The notes beneath the pieces are model-generated. The model made no database searches, was not told the origin of the DNA, and saw only the letters and a program-made list of their open reading frames with translations. 64,000 bases of DNA from an uncultured delta proteobacterium. GTDB taxonomy: Bacteria > Desulfobacterota > Binatia > JACPRU01. This document shows positions 1 through 10,390 of the stretch, in pieces (position 1 is the first letter of the stretch; the number at the start of each line of letters is the position of its first letter). The stretch lies in contig CAVUWD010000009.1 in NCBI GenBank assembly GCA_963745025.1, positions 15,826-79,825 on the forward strand, given 5' to 3'. The position numbers and the translations under genes were made by a program.

Positions 1-459
1 GCGCTCGCCGGCGCCGGCCGAGTCTACCCAGAAGACATGTACCGGTGGACCGACGAGCAGGGCCACCTACACTACTCGAATCGCGGCGCCACCTCGTCTC
101 CCGAATCCTCGGCCGCCGCGGAGCGCGCGGACCAGGGTTGGGAGAGCGTTCTCGAGAAGCAACGCGGCGGCGAGGACCTCCAGGAGAAGGCGGAAGCCGC
201 GATCAACAACCTCGAGCTCCAAGTGATCCGGAAGAAGCGCGATCGCGATCACGCGCAGGAAGTGCTCGAGGCGACGCAGGCGAACGTCGTCCGGGCGGAG
301 GCGTTGCGCGCGACAGAGCTGCCGACGCTGAAGGCGCGCGAGGCCACGCAGATCACCGACCTCCGCAAGCTCGACGCCGAGATCAGTGCCACGCAGGTGG
401 CGATCGCCAAGCTCCGCGCCTTGAAGGCCGCCGAGAAAGAACAGCGATCCGGTCGGTGA
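1..459 (+). CDS. DUF4124-domain protein with C-terminal coiled coil (5' end probably outside window)
   Basis: MYRWTDEQGHLHYSN matches the DUF4124 YxWxDxxGxxHYS motif; frame is open back to base 1. Confidence 0.75.
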   Translation, partial: ALAGAGRVYPEDMYRWTDEQGHLHYSNRGATSSPESSAAAERADQGWESVLEKQRGGEDLQEKAEAAINNLELQVIRKKRDRDHAQEVLEATQANVVRAEALRATELPTLKAREATQITDLRKLDAEISATQVAIAKLRALKAAEKEQRSGR

Positions 460-1946
460 AGCGGCCGGCTGTCTCCGCGGCCGCGCTGGCTGCGCTGAGC
501 AAGCCCTGGTTCGCGGGCGCGTCCCTGGCGGCGCTGTTCGCGGTCCTCGCCGCGCGCGCCGTGATCCAGCCCGTGGACGATCCAGACGTGTGGTGGATCG
601 GCGCGGCCGGCCGAGACGTGCTCGCCACGCTCGATGTGCCGAGACGCAACCTCTACTCCTTCACCTCTCCCGCGCATCCATGGGTGATGCACGAGCTCGC
701 ATTCGGCGTGCTCGATGCGCTCGGCCTCGCCGCACTAGGGCCGGCATTCCTGCCGCTGGTTTCCTCACTCTGCGGCGCCGCGGTGGTTTTCGTCGCCGCG
801 GGTGCCATGGTGGCGCGAGCTCGTCATCCGGCGAGCGCCGTCCTCGCTCTGGTTCTGCTCCTCGCCGGCTCGCGAGAGGCTCCATTCGCGCCGCGCCCGT
901 CACACGTATCGCTCATCCTGCCGGTTGCGATGGCGGCGCTCGCATTCTCTCCCGGCTGGAGCCGCCTGCGGGCGATGGCGGCGATCCTGCTCGAATGGCT
1001 TTGGGCCAACGCGCACGGGAGCTTTCCGCTCGGCGTCGCGATTCTCGCCGCCGCGGCCTTCGAGCCAGTGGACACGATCCGCTCTCGCCGGCAGCGGCTC
1101 GGCTGCGCCGCGCTCGCGGCGCTCGTCACGCTGATCAATCCGTATGGCAGCCGTCTCCACGGTCTGGTCGAACGCTACCTGGGGGGCGGCGACGCGACGA
1201 CCGCCGTCATCCACCGACACATCGTCGAGTTTTTCCCCATCTGGCGAAGCGCCGCGCCCTTCGTGAATCCCTTCAACGTCGCCGCCCTCGCAGTCGTCGC
1301 GTCTCTCGTTGCCAGCGCGTTCGTTCGGCAGCGAAACCTCGCGCGCGCCGCTCTGTCGGCCGCTCTCCTCGGGCTCGCCACTTACCAGGCGCGGCACACG
1401 ACGCTCGCCGTGGTCGTCGGTGCGGTTCTGATGCATGCCGAGGTCGACGACTTGTGCGCCGAAGCGGGGGCCCCGTCGGGCCCGCCTTGGCCGCGGCTCT
1501 GGGCCGCGCTCGCCTTGGCGCCGGGAGTCGCACTGGCAATCGGGCTGTGGTGGATTGCCGATCGTCATCGCCACTGGGCGGAGTGGATCGCGCCGGAGAT
1601 CGGCGATGCCGGTTTCGCGCGTCTGGCTGAGGAGCTGCCCGACGGCGCGAACGTCTATGCGCCGTTCCAGTCCTCGGGCTTGCTTCTCTGGCTCGCCGCG
1701 CCACGCGGTGTCCGCGTGTTCTTCGACTCCCGAAACGATTGCTACGGCGCCGATGTGGCCGAGGCGGCGTTCGCACTCGAGCGCGAGGAGGCGCCGAGTG
1801 CGGTGAGCGCCATTCTCGACCGCTACTCGACGGCGTTCGTGCTCGTTCCGACGTCTCACCCCGTGTACCGGGCCCTCGCCGGGGCCGCCGGGTGGTCGAT
1901 TTGGCGAAGCGCTGGACAGTGGACCGGGTTCGAGAGGAGGCGATAG
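456..1946 (+). CDS. Polytopic membrane protein, probable GT-C-fold glycosyltransferase-like
   Basis: GTG overlaps the upstream TGA; DPDVWW..G, WANAHGSF and VFFDSRND motifs; many hydrophobic helices. Confidence 0.65.
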   Translation: MKRPAVSAAALAALSKPWFAGASLAALFAVLAARAVIQPVDDPDVWWIGAAGRDVLATLDVPRRNLYSFTSPAHPWVMHELAFGVLDALGLAALGPAFLPLVSSLCGAAVVFVAAGAMVARARHPASAVLALVLLLAGSREAPFAPRPSHVSLILPVAMAALAFSPGWSRLRAMAAILLEWLWANAHGSFPLGVAILAAAAFEPVDTIRSRRQRLGCAALAALVTLINPYGSRLHGLVERYLGGGDATTAVIHRHIVEFFPIWRSAAPFVNPFNVAALAVVASLVASAFVRQRNLARAALSAALLGLATYQARHTTLAVVVGAVLMHAEVDDLCAEAGAPSGPPWPRLWAALALAPGVALAIGLWWIADRHRHWAEWIAPEIGDAGFARLAEELPDGANVYAPFQSSGLLLWLAAPRGVRVFFDSRNDCYGADVAEAAFALEREEAPSAVSAILDRYSTAFVLVPTSHPVYRALAGAAGWSIWRSAGQWTGFERRR

Positions 1947-2192
1947 CGGCGAGCCGTTCGCCGATTCGACCGATTGATGCAAGCGGTGAAGCCTCGGCCG
2001 GTTGCTTTCCACCGTCTGCTCGTCGCCCACAGCGATGCGGCGGACGAAAACGCCGGGGAGAAGTGTCGGCGGGCGTTCCGCCGCTGCCTCCAAGCGCGCC
2101 GACTGCTCGGCGGCGGTCGCCCGGCCCCTGTTGTCGGCATTCCCGAGGAGTGCAACAGAGGGCGATCCCTCCGAGAAAGGAACGGCGAACGA

Positions 2193-2954
2193 ATGAAGAT
2201 CAAGGGCAGCGTGGCAGTGGTGACCGGTGGAGCCTCCGGGCTCGGCGAAGCGACGGCGCGGAGACTCGCCGAGGGCGGCGGCCGGGTGACGATTCTCGAC
2301 CGGCCGCAGTCGGAGGGCGAGCGCGTCGCCAAGGAGATCGGCGGGCTTTTCTGCGCCGCCGACGTGACGAGCGGGGAGCAGGTCGCGGCAGCCGTCGCCA
2401 AAACGGTCGATACGTTCGGCGGCCTGCAAATCGTCATCAACTGCGCGGGGGTCGCTACCGCCGCGCGCACGATCGCCAAGCAGGGGCCGATGCCGCTCGA
2501 GATCTTCAAGAAGACGGTCGAGATCAACTTGATCGGCAGCTTCAACGTGATTCGCCTCGCCGCCGCCCGCATGTCCGAAGGGGCTCCAAACGAGGACGGG
2601 GAGCGCGGCGTGATCATCAACACGGCGTCGGCGGCGGCCTTCGACGGTCAGATCGGACAGGTCGCCTACTCGGCCTCGAAAGGCGGCGTGGTCGCAATGA
2701 CCCTGCCGATCGCCCGCGACCTCGCCTCGCTCGGCATCCGCTGCATGACGATCGCCCCCGGGACGTTCGATACGCCGATGCTCGCGCTGCTGCCCGAAGA
2801 AGCTCGCCGGGCGCTCGCCAAGGACGTGCCGTTTCCCAAGCGTCTCGGCAAGCCCGCCGAGTTCGCGGCGCTCGCCTGCCACATCGTCGAGAACGCGATG
2901 CTGAACGGCGAGACGATCCGCCTCGACGGGGCGATACGGATGCCGCCGAAATGA
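2193..2954 (+). CDS. 3-hydroxyacyl-CoA dehydrogenase type-2-like SDR
   Basis: [26 protein letters not shown] and LDGAIRM motifs; AAAGGA SD upstream of ATG 2193. Confidence 0.92.
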   Translation: MKIKGSVAVVTGGASGLGEATARRLAEGGGRVTILDRPQSEGERVAKEIGGLFCAADVTSGEQVAAAVAKTVDTFGGLQIVINCAGVATAARTIAKQGPMPLEIFKKTVEINLIGSFNVIRLAAARMSEGAPNEDGERGVIINTASAAAFDGQIGQVAYSASKGGVVAMTLPIARDLASLGIRCMTIAPGTFDTPMLALLPEEARRALAKDVPFPKRLGKPAEFAALACHIVENAMLNGETIRLDGAIRMPPK

Positions 2955-2955
2955 G

Positions 2956-3023
2956 GGCTACGGGCTACAGGCTACCGGCAAAGACTCCGCGGAGCCTCTT
3001 GCGGTAGCCGGTAGCCGGTAGCC
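2956..3023. repeat. Heptamer-unit palindromic intergenic element, copy A
   Basis: (GGCTACN)x3 - GCAAAGAC TCCGCGGA GCCTCTTGC - (GGTAGCC)x3 between convergent genes. Confidence 0.85.
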
Positions 3024-4266
3024 TATCCCCCCAGCGCCCCCTCGAAGTCCGCGAGCAGATCCCTCCAGTGCTCGGTGCCGACCGAGATGCGCACCAGGCC
3101 GGGCGTGATGCCCGCCTGCGCGAGCTCTGCCGCGGAGAGCTCGCTGTGGGTGGTCGTCATCGGATGGCAGGCGAGGGTCTCGACGCCGCCCAGGCTCACC
3201 GCGTTGCGCGCGATCTTCAGCCGTCGCAGGAACTCGAACGCGCCCGGCTTGCCGCCCTCGATCTCGAGCGCGAGCAGCGATCCGGGAAAATCGCACTGCG
3301 CGTCGCGGATGCGCATCTGCTCGGGGTCGGTGAAGAGCGACGGGTAGAAGACCCGCTTCACGCGGGGATGCTCCGCGAGGCGCTCGGCGATCCGCTGCGC
3401 GTTCTTGCTCTGCCGGTTCATGCGCAGCGCGACCGTCGACAGCCGCGAGTCGAGAATCCACGCCTCGTCGGCTTGGAGTATGTTGCCGAATAGCGCGCGC
3501 AAGCCGCGAAGCTCGGCCACGAGTGCCGCGTCGGCGGACATCACCACGCCGGCGAGCATGTCGCTGAAGCCGCCGAGGAACTTGGTCGCCGAGTAGACGA
3601 CGAGGTCCGCGCCGAGCTCGAGCGGGTGCTGGAAGATCGGGCCCAGGAAGGTGTTGTCGACCGCCACGAGCGGCCGGTCAGGATGGCGGCGCGCCACCTC
3701 GATCGCGTGCGCGATGTCCGACATGTGAAGCGTCGGGTTGGCGGGCGTCTCGAGGAAGATCAGCCGGAGCTCGCTCGTCCGTGCGACGGCGTCTGCCAAC
3801 GCCGCGCGATCACCGGCCGGGACTGGAATGCCACGCAAGCCGAGCGGCTCGAGCATCTGGTGGACGAGGTGCTGCGTGCCACCGTAGAGCGGCTGCGTGT
3901 GCAGCAGCGTCGAACCCTTGGGCAACAGCGCGAAGAAGACGGTCGCGATCGCCGCCATGCCCGAGTTGAAGACGGCGGCGCACGCGCGCCTCGCTCGAGC
4001 GGCACGAGCTGGTCCTCGAGGATCTCGGCGTTCGGGTGCGACAGGCGCGCGTAGATGAGGTCGACGTTCTCGTCGTCTTGCGGCTGAACCTTGCCGAGCG
4101 CGATCGCGAACGCGCGTTCCGCTGCCTCGGGGCTCGAGAATACGAAGGTCGAGGTGCGGTACACCGGCGGGCGGGCCGACCCGACGGAGAGCCGAGGGTC
4201 GAAGCCGCGGGTCAGGACCGCAGTTTCGGGCCTCACACGGTAGGTGACCTTTTTCACGCTACCCAT
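3023..4266 (-). CDS. Cystathionine gamma-synthase/methionine gamma-lyase family PLP enzyme, one frameshift near 3985
   Basis: N-half PPVYRTSTF...YARLSHPN in one frame; C-half FNSGMAAI, ETPANPT, VDNTF, SATKFLGG in another; GGAGAGG SD. Confidence 0.88.
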
Positions 4267-4291
4267 TATAGTCCTCTCCGCCCGTTTGCCG

Positions 4292-5812
4292 ATGGCGATC
4301 GTCTCGCGATACGTGCCCGTCGACCTCCGCGGACAGCGTGCCGTAGTCGCCGGCGCATCGATCGCCGGGCTCGCGGCGGCCCTCGCGCTCGCCGAGCGCG
4401 GCGCGGAGGTCGTGCTCGTCGAGGCCGACCCCGCCCCCGACACCGATTCCAGCGAAGACGCGTTCTTGCGCTGGTCGCGCCGGGGGGTGCCGCAAAGCCG
4501 GCACTCGCACGCGTTCTTGGCGCGGCTCAGAAACATCCTTCTCGGCGCCTATCCCGACTTCTACGCGGAGCTCCTCGCCGCAGGAGCGGTCGAGATACGC
4601 CTGCTCGACTTTCCGCCGCAGAGCCTCGGGCCCGTGGCGCCCGAGCCGGGCGACGAAGATCTAGTCACGATTGGGTCCCGCCGCACGACGTTCGAGTGGC
4701 TGCTGCGGGGCTACGTGAGTCGCGACCCGCGGGTCGAGATCGTCTGCGACACCGCCGTAGAGGGTCTTCTCGCACGCCCCGGAAACCCTCCGAGGGTCCG
4801 GGGCGTCCGCATCGGCGCGAACGGCCGGAGTCGAACGATCGCTGCCGGCCTCGTCGTCGATGCGACCGGACGAGGCTCGCGGGCGGGGGATTGGCTCGAA
4901 GCAATCGGCGCCGCGCCCCCGTACGAGAAGCGCTCGCCGTCGGCGATCCTCTATTACACCCGCTTCTACAGGCGCAGGCCCGATCGGGACTTCCCGCCGC
5001 GGGGGCGCGAGCCGACCATGGCAGACTTCGGCTGGATCAAGTACGCGATCTTCCCCGCCGACAACCGATCGTACTCGATCACCTTCGCCGCCCACCTTTC
5101 GCTCCAGCGCCTGAAGGTTCTGCAGAACGCGCGAGCGTTCGAGACATTGGTCGGCGCGTTGCCGGGCATCGCTGCCTTCGGCGATCCCGAGCTTGCCGAG
5201 CCGATGCCCGTGCTCGGCCGCGACGTTCTCGCCATGGGGGGCCTCGAGAATTGCCTCCGGCGCTTCGTCGACCGTCGCGGCGAGCCGCTCGCGACGGGGT
5301 TTTTCGTCCTCGGCGACGCGGCGTATCACACCAATCCGCTCTACGGGCGCGGCACGAGCCAGGCGTTCATGCACGCGCGGCTTCTCGGCGAGGCGCTCGA
5401 CGCGGCGGCCGGCGATCCGGCACGCGCGGCGCGGCTGCTCGACGAAGGAGCACGGGAAGAGATCGAGCCATTCTACTACGCCTCCGTCGCCGCCGACCAT
5501 GTCGCCTCGCGGAAGGTCGGCGCCGCGCCGACCTCCTGGGCGGTTCGCCTGTACGACTCCTACTTCGACGACGGCGTGCTCCCCGCCACCCGCGTCGACC
5601 CGCTGGTGTTCCGCACCTTCGTCCGCGTGATGAACATGATGGACATCCCGGAACGAGCCTTCTTCCAGCCCGAGGTCGTCGAGCGCGTGCTCTCCGTTTG
5701 GTTCCGCGGCGCGCGCTTTCGCCGTCGCCTCGCGCCGACGGTGCCGGACCTCGATGCGACCCTCGCCGCGATGGAGGCCGCGGCGCGCGGGGAGCAGCGC
5801 GCCGCGGGTTAG
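4292..5812 (+). CDS. FAD-dependent oxidoreductase/monooxygenase
   Basis: VVAGASIAGL dinucleotide motif, VVDATGRGS, LGDAAYHTNPLYGRG; start could also be GTG 4314 region. Confidence 0.85.
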   Translation: MAIVSRYVPVDLRGQRAVVAGASIAGLAAALALAERGAEVVLVEADPAPDTDSSEDAFLRWSRRGVPQSRHSHAFLARLRNILLGAYPDFYAELLAAGAVEIRLLDFPPQSLGPVAPEPGDEDLVTIGSRRTTFEWLLRGYVSRDPRVEIVCDTAVEGLLARPGNPPRVRGVRIGANGRSRTIAAGLVVDATGRGSRAGDWLEAIGAAPPYEKRSPSAILYYTRFYRRRPDRDFPPRGREPTMADFGWIKYAIFPADNRSYSITFAAHLSLQRLKVLQNARAFETLVGALPGIAAFGDPELAEPMPVLGRDVLAMGGLENCLRRFVDRRGEPLATGFFVLGDAAYHTNPLYGRGTSQAFMHARLLGEALDAAAGDPARAARLLDEGAREEIEPFYYASVAADHVASRKVGAAPTSWAVRLYDSYFDDGVLPATRVDPLVFRTFVRVMNMMDIPERAFFQPEVVERVLSVWFRGARFRRRLAPTVPDLDATLAAMEAAARGEQRAAG

Positions 5813-5936
5813 CCGGGCCCGAAAATACCCGCCGTGCGTTCTCGCGTGGCCCGGCGTCGGGAGACGTCACATTGTCGGGCAATAGATCTCGGAACGCTCT
5901 CCTGCTTCGATCGGGTTCTCGACGAGGACCTTGGAG

Positions 5937-7337
5937 TCAGACCGTCGGAACGAGCGGCCCTTCCAGGATGCGCCGCGCCAGATGCGGAGCAAGCCGCGCA
6001 TTGATTCCGGCATAGTCCTCCCACTTCTTGGTGGCCGCGAAGCGCACGCGCAGCGCCCGCTCTCGCTGCTCCTCGACGCTCGCCTGCTCGAAGCCCTCCT
6101 CGACGTCCTTCACCGAGGCGACACCCGCGGCATCGACGCCGAGGCCGCGCTCGACGCCGCTCGATTCCCAAAGATTGGTCTCGCGCACGAACGCGCCGGC
6201 GATCTGTCCGGTCGAGAGCCGCACGGGCTTGACGTCGATCAGCGAAGGAAACTTCTGCCGGCCACGGTCGGCGATCTCGGCGAGCTTCGCCGGCGGGCTG
6301 TCGAGGATTTCGGCGTCCGAGGTGTCGTAGATGCGGAAGAGATACTCCACCTTGAGGATCGCCGTCGCGTTGTTGATGTAGTACGACTCCCGGGGATCGA
6401 TGCCGGTGCCGGCGAAAGCGGGGTCCTCGGCCAGCTCGAAATCGCCGCTCGGACGCACGATCAGCGCGCCGCCCTTCCCCGCCGGGCCGTCCGGCCGGCG
6501 AGATACCTCGACGACGAGGTTTCGCTCCGCCTCGATCATCCTCCCGAGGATCACGAGCCAGCGATCGTCGAGCAGCCCGCCGATGTTGTCGATGTTGCGA
6601 ACGCTCAGGTAGCGAACTCCGCGCCGCAGCAGCCGGGCGAGCGTGCCGGACGAGATCAGTTGATGCAGAAACTCGCCGTGACCGCCCGGTCTGCGGATCG
6701 CGAGCTCGCAGCCGGCGAAGCTCCGCGACAGCTCGAGAGCGCATTCGACGTCGCGCTGGCTCGCGAAATTCTTGCGCGAGCGCTCGACGTCGGCGACGCT
6801 GGCGACGATCTGGGGATCGAGCGCCTGGCAAAACGGGAAAACCGCTTCCGGCGAAATCTCCGCGGCCCGGCCGATGTGTCGCTCGATCTCTTCCCGGTTG
6901 GCCTCGCTCACCAAGAGTACGATCGGACACGAGGTCCGCGTCTCGCTCGACAAACGTACGACGTTGGCGAGAAAGAGGTCGAGAAAGGACAGCACCCGTC
7001 CGTCGATCTCGACGACCGGTACCATTGCCTTGCTCTTGATCTCCGCTCCTCCCGCTCGCTCGAGCAGACGGTGCGCTTCGGGCGGCACTTCGGCGAGATT
7101 CATCCGTGTGCTCGCTCCGGCGGCCAAGACGCCATAGGCGACCTCGCCGCGACGAAGCGCCTCGATTCCGCGCGCGATCGCTGCGCTACGCTCCGCGCGG
7201 GCCAGTCGCTCGATCTCCGTGACGTCTTCGCGGCGGCTCGGCCGGAATTCGCCGCGCAGGCGCGCCTGCGCCAGCCGACCTTCGAGGTAGGCTTCGCCGA
7301 GCGCCGAACGCGCGCCGATCTCGGGGGGATTCGTCAT
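5937..7337 (-). CDS. UDPGP-family nucleotidyltransferase (UTP-glucose-1-phosphate/UDP-GlcNAc pyrophosphorylase-like)
   Basis: LAAGASTRM, RPGGHG, VRNIDN, KGG, YYINN motifs; ATG overlaps thiI stop. Confidence 0.78.
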   Translation of the reverse strand: MTNPPEIGARSALGEAYLEGRLAQARLRGEFRPSRREDVTEIERLARAERSAAIARGIEALRRGEVAYGVLAAGASTRMNLAEVPPEAHRLLERAGGAEIKSKAMVPVVEIDGRVLSFLDLFLANVVRLSSETRTSCPIVLLVSEANREEIERHIGRAAEISPEAVFPFCQALDPQIVASVADVERSRKNFASQRDVECALELSRSFAGCELAIRRPGGHGEFLHQLISSGTLARLLRRGVRYLSVRNIDNIGGLLDDRWLVILGRMIEAERNLVVEVSRRPDGPAGKGGALIVRPSGDFELAEDPAFAGTGIDPRESYYINNATAILKVEYLFRIYDTSDAEILDSPPAKLAEIADRGRQKFPSLIDVKPVRLSTGQIAGAFVRETNLWESSGVERGLGVDAAGVASVKDVEEGFEQASVEEQRERALRVRFAATKKWEDYAGINARLAPHLARRILEGPLVPTV

Positions 7338-8572
7338 CGATCTCTCGCCGCTCGCAGACGCTCCGCCGCGGGCTCGCGGTCCGCGACGGGATAGCGATAG
7401 CGCTCGACGACGGCGCCGTCGACCGCCACGGCGATCAGCCGAGGCACGTCGAGCGCGGATTCGGCCGCCTCGATCGCGGCCAGGCGCGCGCGCGTCGTCG
7501 GATGCCGCGGTACGAAGAGAGAGCAGCAATCCTGGTCCGGCTCGATCGAGATTTCGAACGTGCCGAGCCGCTCGGCTTCCGTGCTGATCTCGAGCTTGTC
7601 CATGCCGATCAACGGACGGAAGAGAGGCAGCGAGGCCGCCTGCTCGACGACGGCCAGATTGGACAACGTCTGCGAGGCCACCTGACCGAGGCTGTCGCCC
7701 GTGACCAGCGCCTCGGCGCCGATCCGACGGGCGATCTCCGAGGCGATCCGCAGCATCATTCGTCGGTAGAGAATGACCCGGGGCGGCGGCGGCACGCCCG
7801 TGACGATTTCTCGCTGGACCTCGCCGAACGGCACCAGCACCAGCCGGGCGTCGCCGTGGTAGGCGACGAGCCGCCGCACGATCTCGCGCGTCTTCTCCTG
7901 GCTCGAGCGGTCGAGATAGGGGGCACTGTGAAAGTGCACGAACGTGACGCGGCAGCCTCGCCGCATCATGCGCGCGGCGGCCACGGGCGAGTCGATCCCT
8001 CCCGAGAGCAGCGCGACGACATGGCCGGAAACGCCGACCGGGAGGCCGCCGGCGCCCGGAACCTTCTCGACGGAATAGAGCATCTCTCCGGGCAGGATCT
8101 CGATCGTGACCGTCAGCTCCGCGCGATCGAGATCGACACGCCGCCGGGTCGCTTCCTTGATGACCGTTCCGACCGCGGCATTGACCGCGGGCGACGGGAG
8201 CGGAAAGCGCTTGTCCGCGCGGCGGGTGACGACGCGGAAGGAATCGAAGTGCCGCGGACGGATCTCCTCCACGATCGCGCGCGCGAGCGGAGCGAGATCC
8301 GCCGTTTGACCGTTCTCGATCGGCGGCCAGGGAACGCTCCTCGCCAGCGAGAAGTTGGCGACGCCGAAGACGCGGCGCAGCCGTTCGCGAAGCGCGGGCC
8401 ACGCGGAGTCGTCGTTCAGCACGACGGCCACGCGTCCGTGGCGATCGGCGATCTTGCCAACCGGCAGATCGATAGTCGCGTGGCGGATGTTGTCGATCAG
8501 TTGCGCAGCGAACCGCGCGCGGTTGCCACGCTTCAGCGTGATCTCGTGATAGCGGGCGATCAGCAAGGCCAT
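7334..8572 (-). CDS. thiI: tRNA 4-thiouridine synthase ThiI (no rhodanese domain)
   Basis: RYHEITLKRGNR, THUMP region, LLSGGIDSPVA PP-loop, GDSLGQVASQT, DCC. Confidence 0.96.
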   Translation of the reverse strand: MALLIARYHEITLKRGNRARFAAQLIDNIRHATIDLPVGKIADRHGRVAVVLNDDSAWPALRERLRRVFGVANFSLARSVPWPPIENGQTADLAPLARAIVEEIRPRHFDSFRVVTRRADKRFPLPSPAVNAAVGTVIKEATRRRVDLDRAELTVTIEILPGEMLYSVEKVPGAGGLPVGVSGHVVALLSGGIDSPVAAARMMRRGCRVTFVHFHSAPYLDRSSQEKTREIVRRLVAYHGDARLVLVPFGEVQREIVTGVPPPPRVILYRRMMLRIASEIARRIGAEALVTGDSLGQVASQTLSNLAVVEQAASLPLFRPLIGMDKLEISTEAERLGTFEISIEPDQDCCSLFVPRHPTTRARLAAIEAAESALDVPRLIAVAVDGAVVERYRYPVADREPAAERLRAARDR

Positions 8573-8811
8573 CGTAAGAGAGATACCACGCACCCGCCCA
8601 TGCAAACACATCGATCTCGAGCATCCGCGGTCCGGGTGCCCGAAGCGCGCACAGCGAACCAAGACGACGAACGCCTCGTGGAGGAGCCGTGACGAGAGCG
8701 TGGCTCGCAGACCTCAGTCGCGTCGAGCGCCAGGCCCGTAAAGCGGCCTCGAAATCGTAAACCGGAACCAGGAAAGGCAAGGAGGGGTCCGCCAGCGTCC
8801 GAGATCGAGGG

Positions 8812-10359
8812 CTACTCTGCCACGTCGGCCTCGACGATGCGCACCTCGACCTTCTTCTCCGCCGTCGGACCCGGCAGCGGGCCGATCCGGCTGGTCTTCC
8901 TGGCGGAGCTTCCGGCCGAGATCGCGTGGCGGAAGGTGAGCACGTCGCGTTGATGAAGCTTGTCCTTCTTGTCGTCGATCTGGAGCTCCACGCGCACGTC
9001 GCGAACCGCGACGGGGCCGTTGTTGCGGATCTCGACGATCAGGTAGCCGCTGTCGTCGCGGTGGGTGTCGTAGCTCAGATAGCCCTGCGGGCTCTGCGGC
9101 AGCTCGATGCGGGCGAGCGCGATCTTGGCACGCCGGCCGATCTCGTCGTCGGCCGACGCCGCGCTGCGAAATCGCTCGACCGCCTCGCTCGAGTCCCCTG
9201 CGGCCAGCGCCAGCTCGCCGAGCGAGAAGTTCGCCACCGAGGTGGGGAGGAGGTTCACGCTCTTCTCGAGATCGCGCCGGGCGGGGTCGTCGTCACCCGC
9301 GCGGCGGTGCAGCAGGCCGCGCTGGAGGTAGAACTGAAAGTAGTCTCCGTCACGCTCGATTGCCTGCGTGTAGTCTTCGAGCGCGTCGTCATAGCGCCGC
9401 AGCCGCGTCTCCGCGTCGGCGCGCAAACCGTGAAAGAGCGCCTCGCGCGGCTCGATCTTCAGCGCCTCGTCCGCTTGCCGGAGCGCGCCCCGGGCGTCGC
9501 CGCGGGCTAAGGCCGCGCGACCCTCGTCGTGGGCCCGATAGGCGTCGCGCGTACGCTGCAGCGAGGCTGTGTGTCTTCGAAAGTCTTCCCGGCCGAGGTT
9601 GCCGCCGGGCGGCAGGGAGGCGAGTGTGGCCCGATTCGCTTCGACCCGCTCGCTGGACGGCGGATGGCTCGAGAAGATTCCTGCCAGCCATCCCTCCTGC
9701 CCGCCTTCGGCGAGCCGCACGAACGTCTCCTGCAGCGTGGCGGCCGCCTGCGGATCGTAGCCGGCGCGGGACATGTAGATCATGCCGTAGTGGTCCGCTT
9801 CGAGCTCCTGCTCGCGGCTATAGCGCTGCACCACCAGCGCCGCGCCGATCGAGGCCCCCGCGCCGGCGAGCGGGCCGTAGGAAGTGTCCGCGAGGCCGAT
9901 CTCGAGCCCGAGTAGAGCGGTCTGCAGAACGAGGGCGCGCTGCATCGATTGCGCCGGATGACGGGCCGCAGCATGCACCACCTCGTGGCCGAGCACGGCG
10001 GCGAGCTGGGACTCGTCGCCGAGCTCGAGAAGGAGGCCGCGATTGACCGCGATCTTCCCCCCGGGGAGCGTCCAGGCGTTCGGGACGGAACTGTTCAGAA
10101 CGACGAACTCGTAGGGGAGGCTCGGCCGATCGCCGACGGCCGCGAGCCTCGCGCCGACTTCGCGGACGTAGGCGGAGAGCTCCGGGTCAAGGCGGTACTG
10201 GCCCCCACCGGCTTGCTGCGCCGGCTGGTACTGCCGCTCTCCCTGCGACAGCTCGACCGATTCCGGGATGATCTGAAGCTCCCGCTGGCCGGTGACCGGG
10301 TTGACGGAGCACCCCGCGATCGCTGCGGCGAGCGAGAGAGCGAAAAGGCGGCGTTTCAC
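8812..10359 (-). CDS. M48-family metalloprotease lipoprotein with TPR repeats and C-terminal Ig-like domain (BepA-like)
   Basis: Lipobox IAGC followed by VNPVTG, PNAWTLPGG, HEVVH zinc motif, YSREQELEAD, SSHP, TPR helices. Confidence 0.9.
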   Translation of the reverse strand: MKRRLFALSLAAAIAGCSVNPVTGQRELQIIPESVELSQGERQYQPAQQAGGGQYRLDPELSAYVREVGARLAAVGDRPSLPYEFVVLNSSVPNAWTLPGGKIAVNRGLLLELGDESQLAAVLGHEVVHAAARHPAQSMQRALVLQTALLGLEIGLADTSYGPLAGAGASIGAALVVQRYSREQELEADHYGMIYMSRAGYDPQAAATLQETFVRLAEGGQEGWLAGIFSSHPPSSERVEANRATLASLPPGGNLGREDFRRHTASLQRTRDAYRAHDEGRAALARGDARGALRQADEALKIEPREALFHGLRADAETRLRRYDDALEDYTQAIERDGDYFQFYLQRGLLHRRAGDDDPARRDLEKSVNLLPTSVANFSLGELALAAGDSSEAVERFRSAASADDEIGRRAKIALARIELPQSPQGYLSYDTHRDDSGYLIVEIRNNGPVAVRDVRVELQIDDKKDKLHQRDVLTFRHAISAGSSARKTSRIGPLPGPTAEKKVEVRIVEADVAE

Positions 10360-10390
10360 ACGGCGCGGGTATGGCAAAGCCGATCTTCGC

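Noticed and set aside
45-455. N-terminal extension of the 633-aa ORF
   Set aside because: Arg/Gly-rich off-frame read of the DUF4124 gene; the real start is most likely GTG 456
5937-8780. 947-aa ORF suggesting a ThiI-UDPGP fusion
   Set aside because: Upstream part is an off-frame shadow of thiI; the UDPGP-like protein starts at ATG 7337
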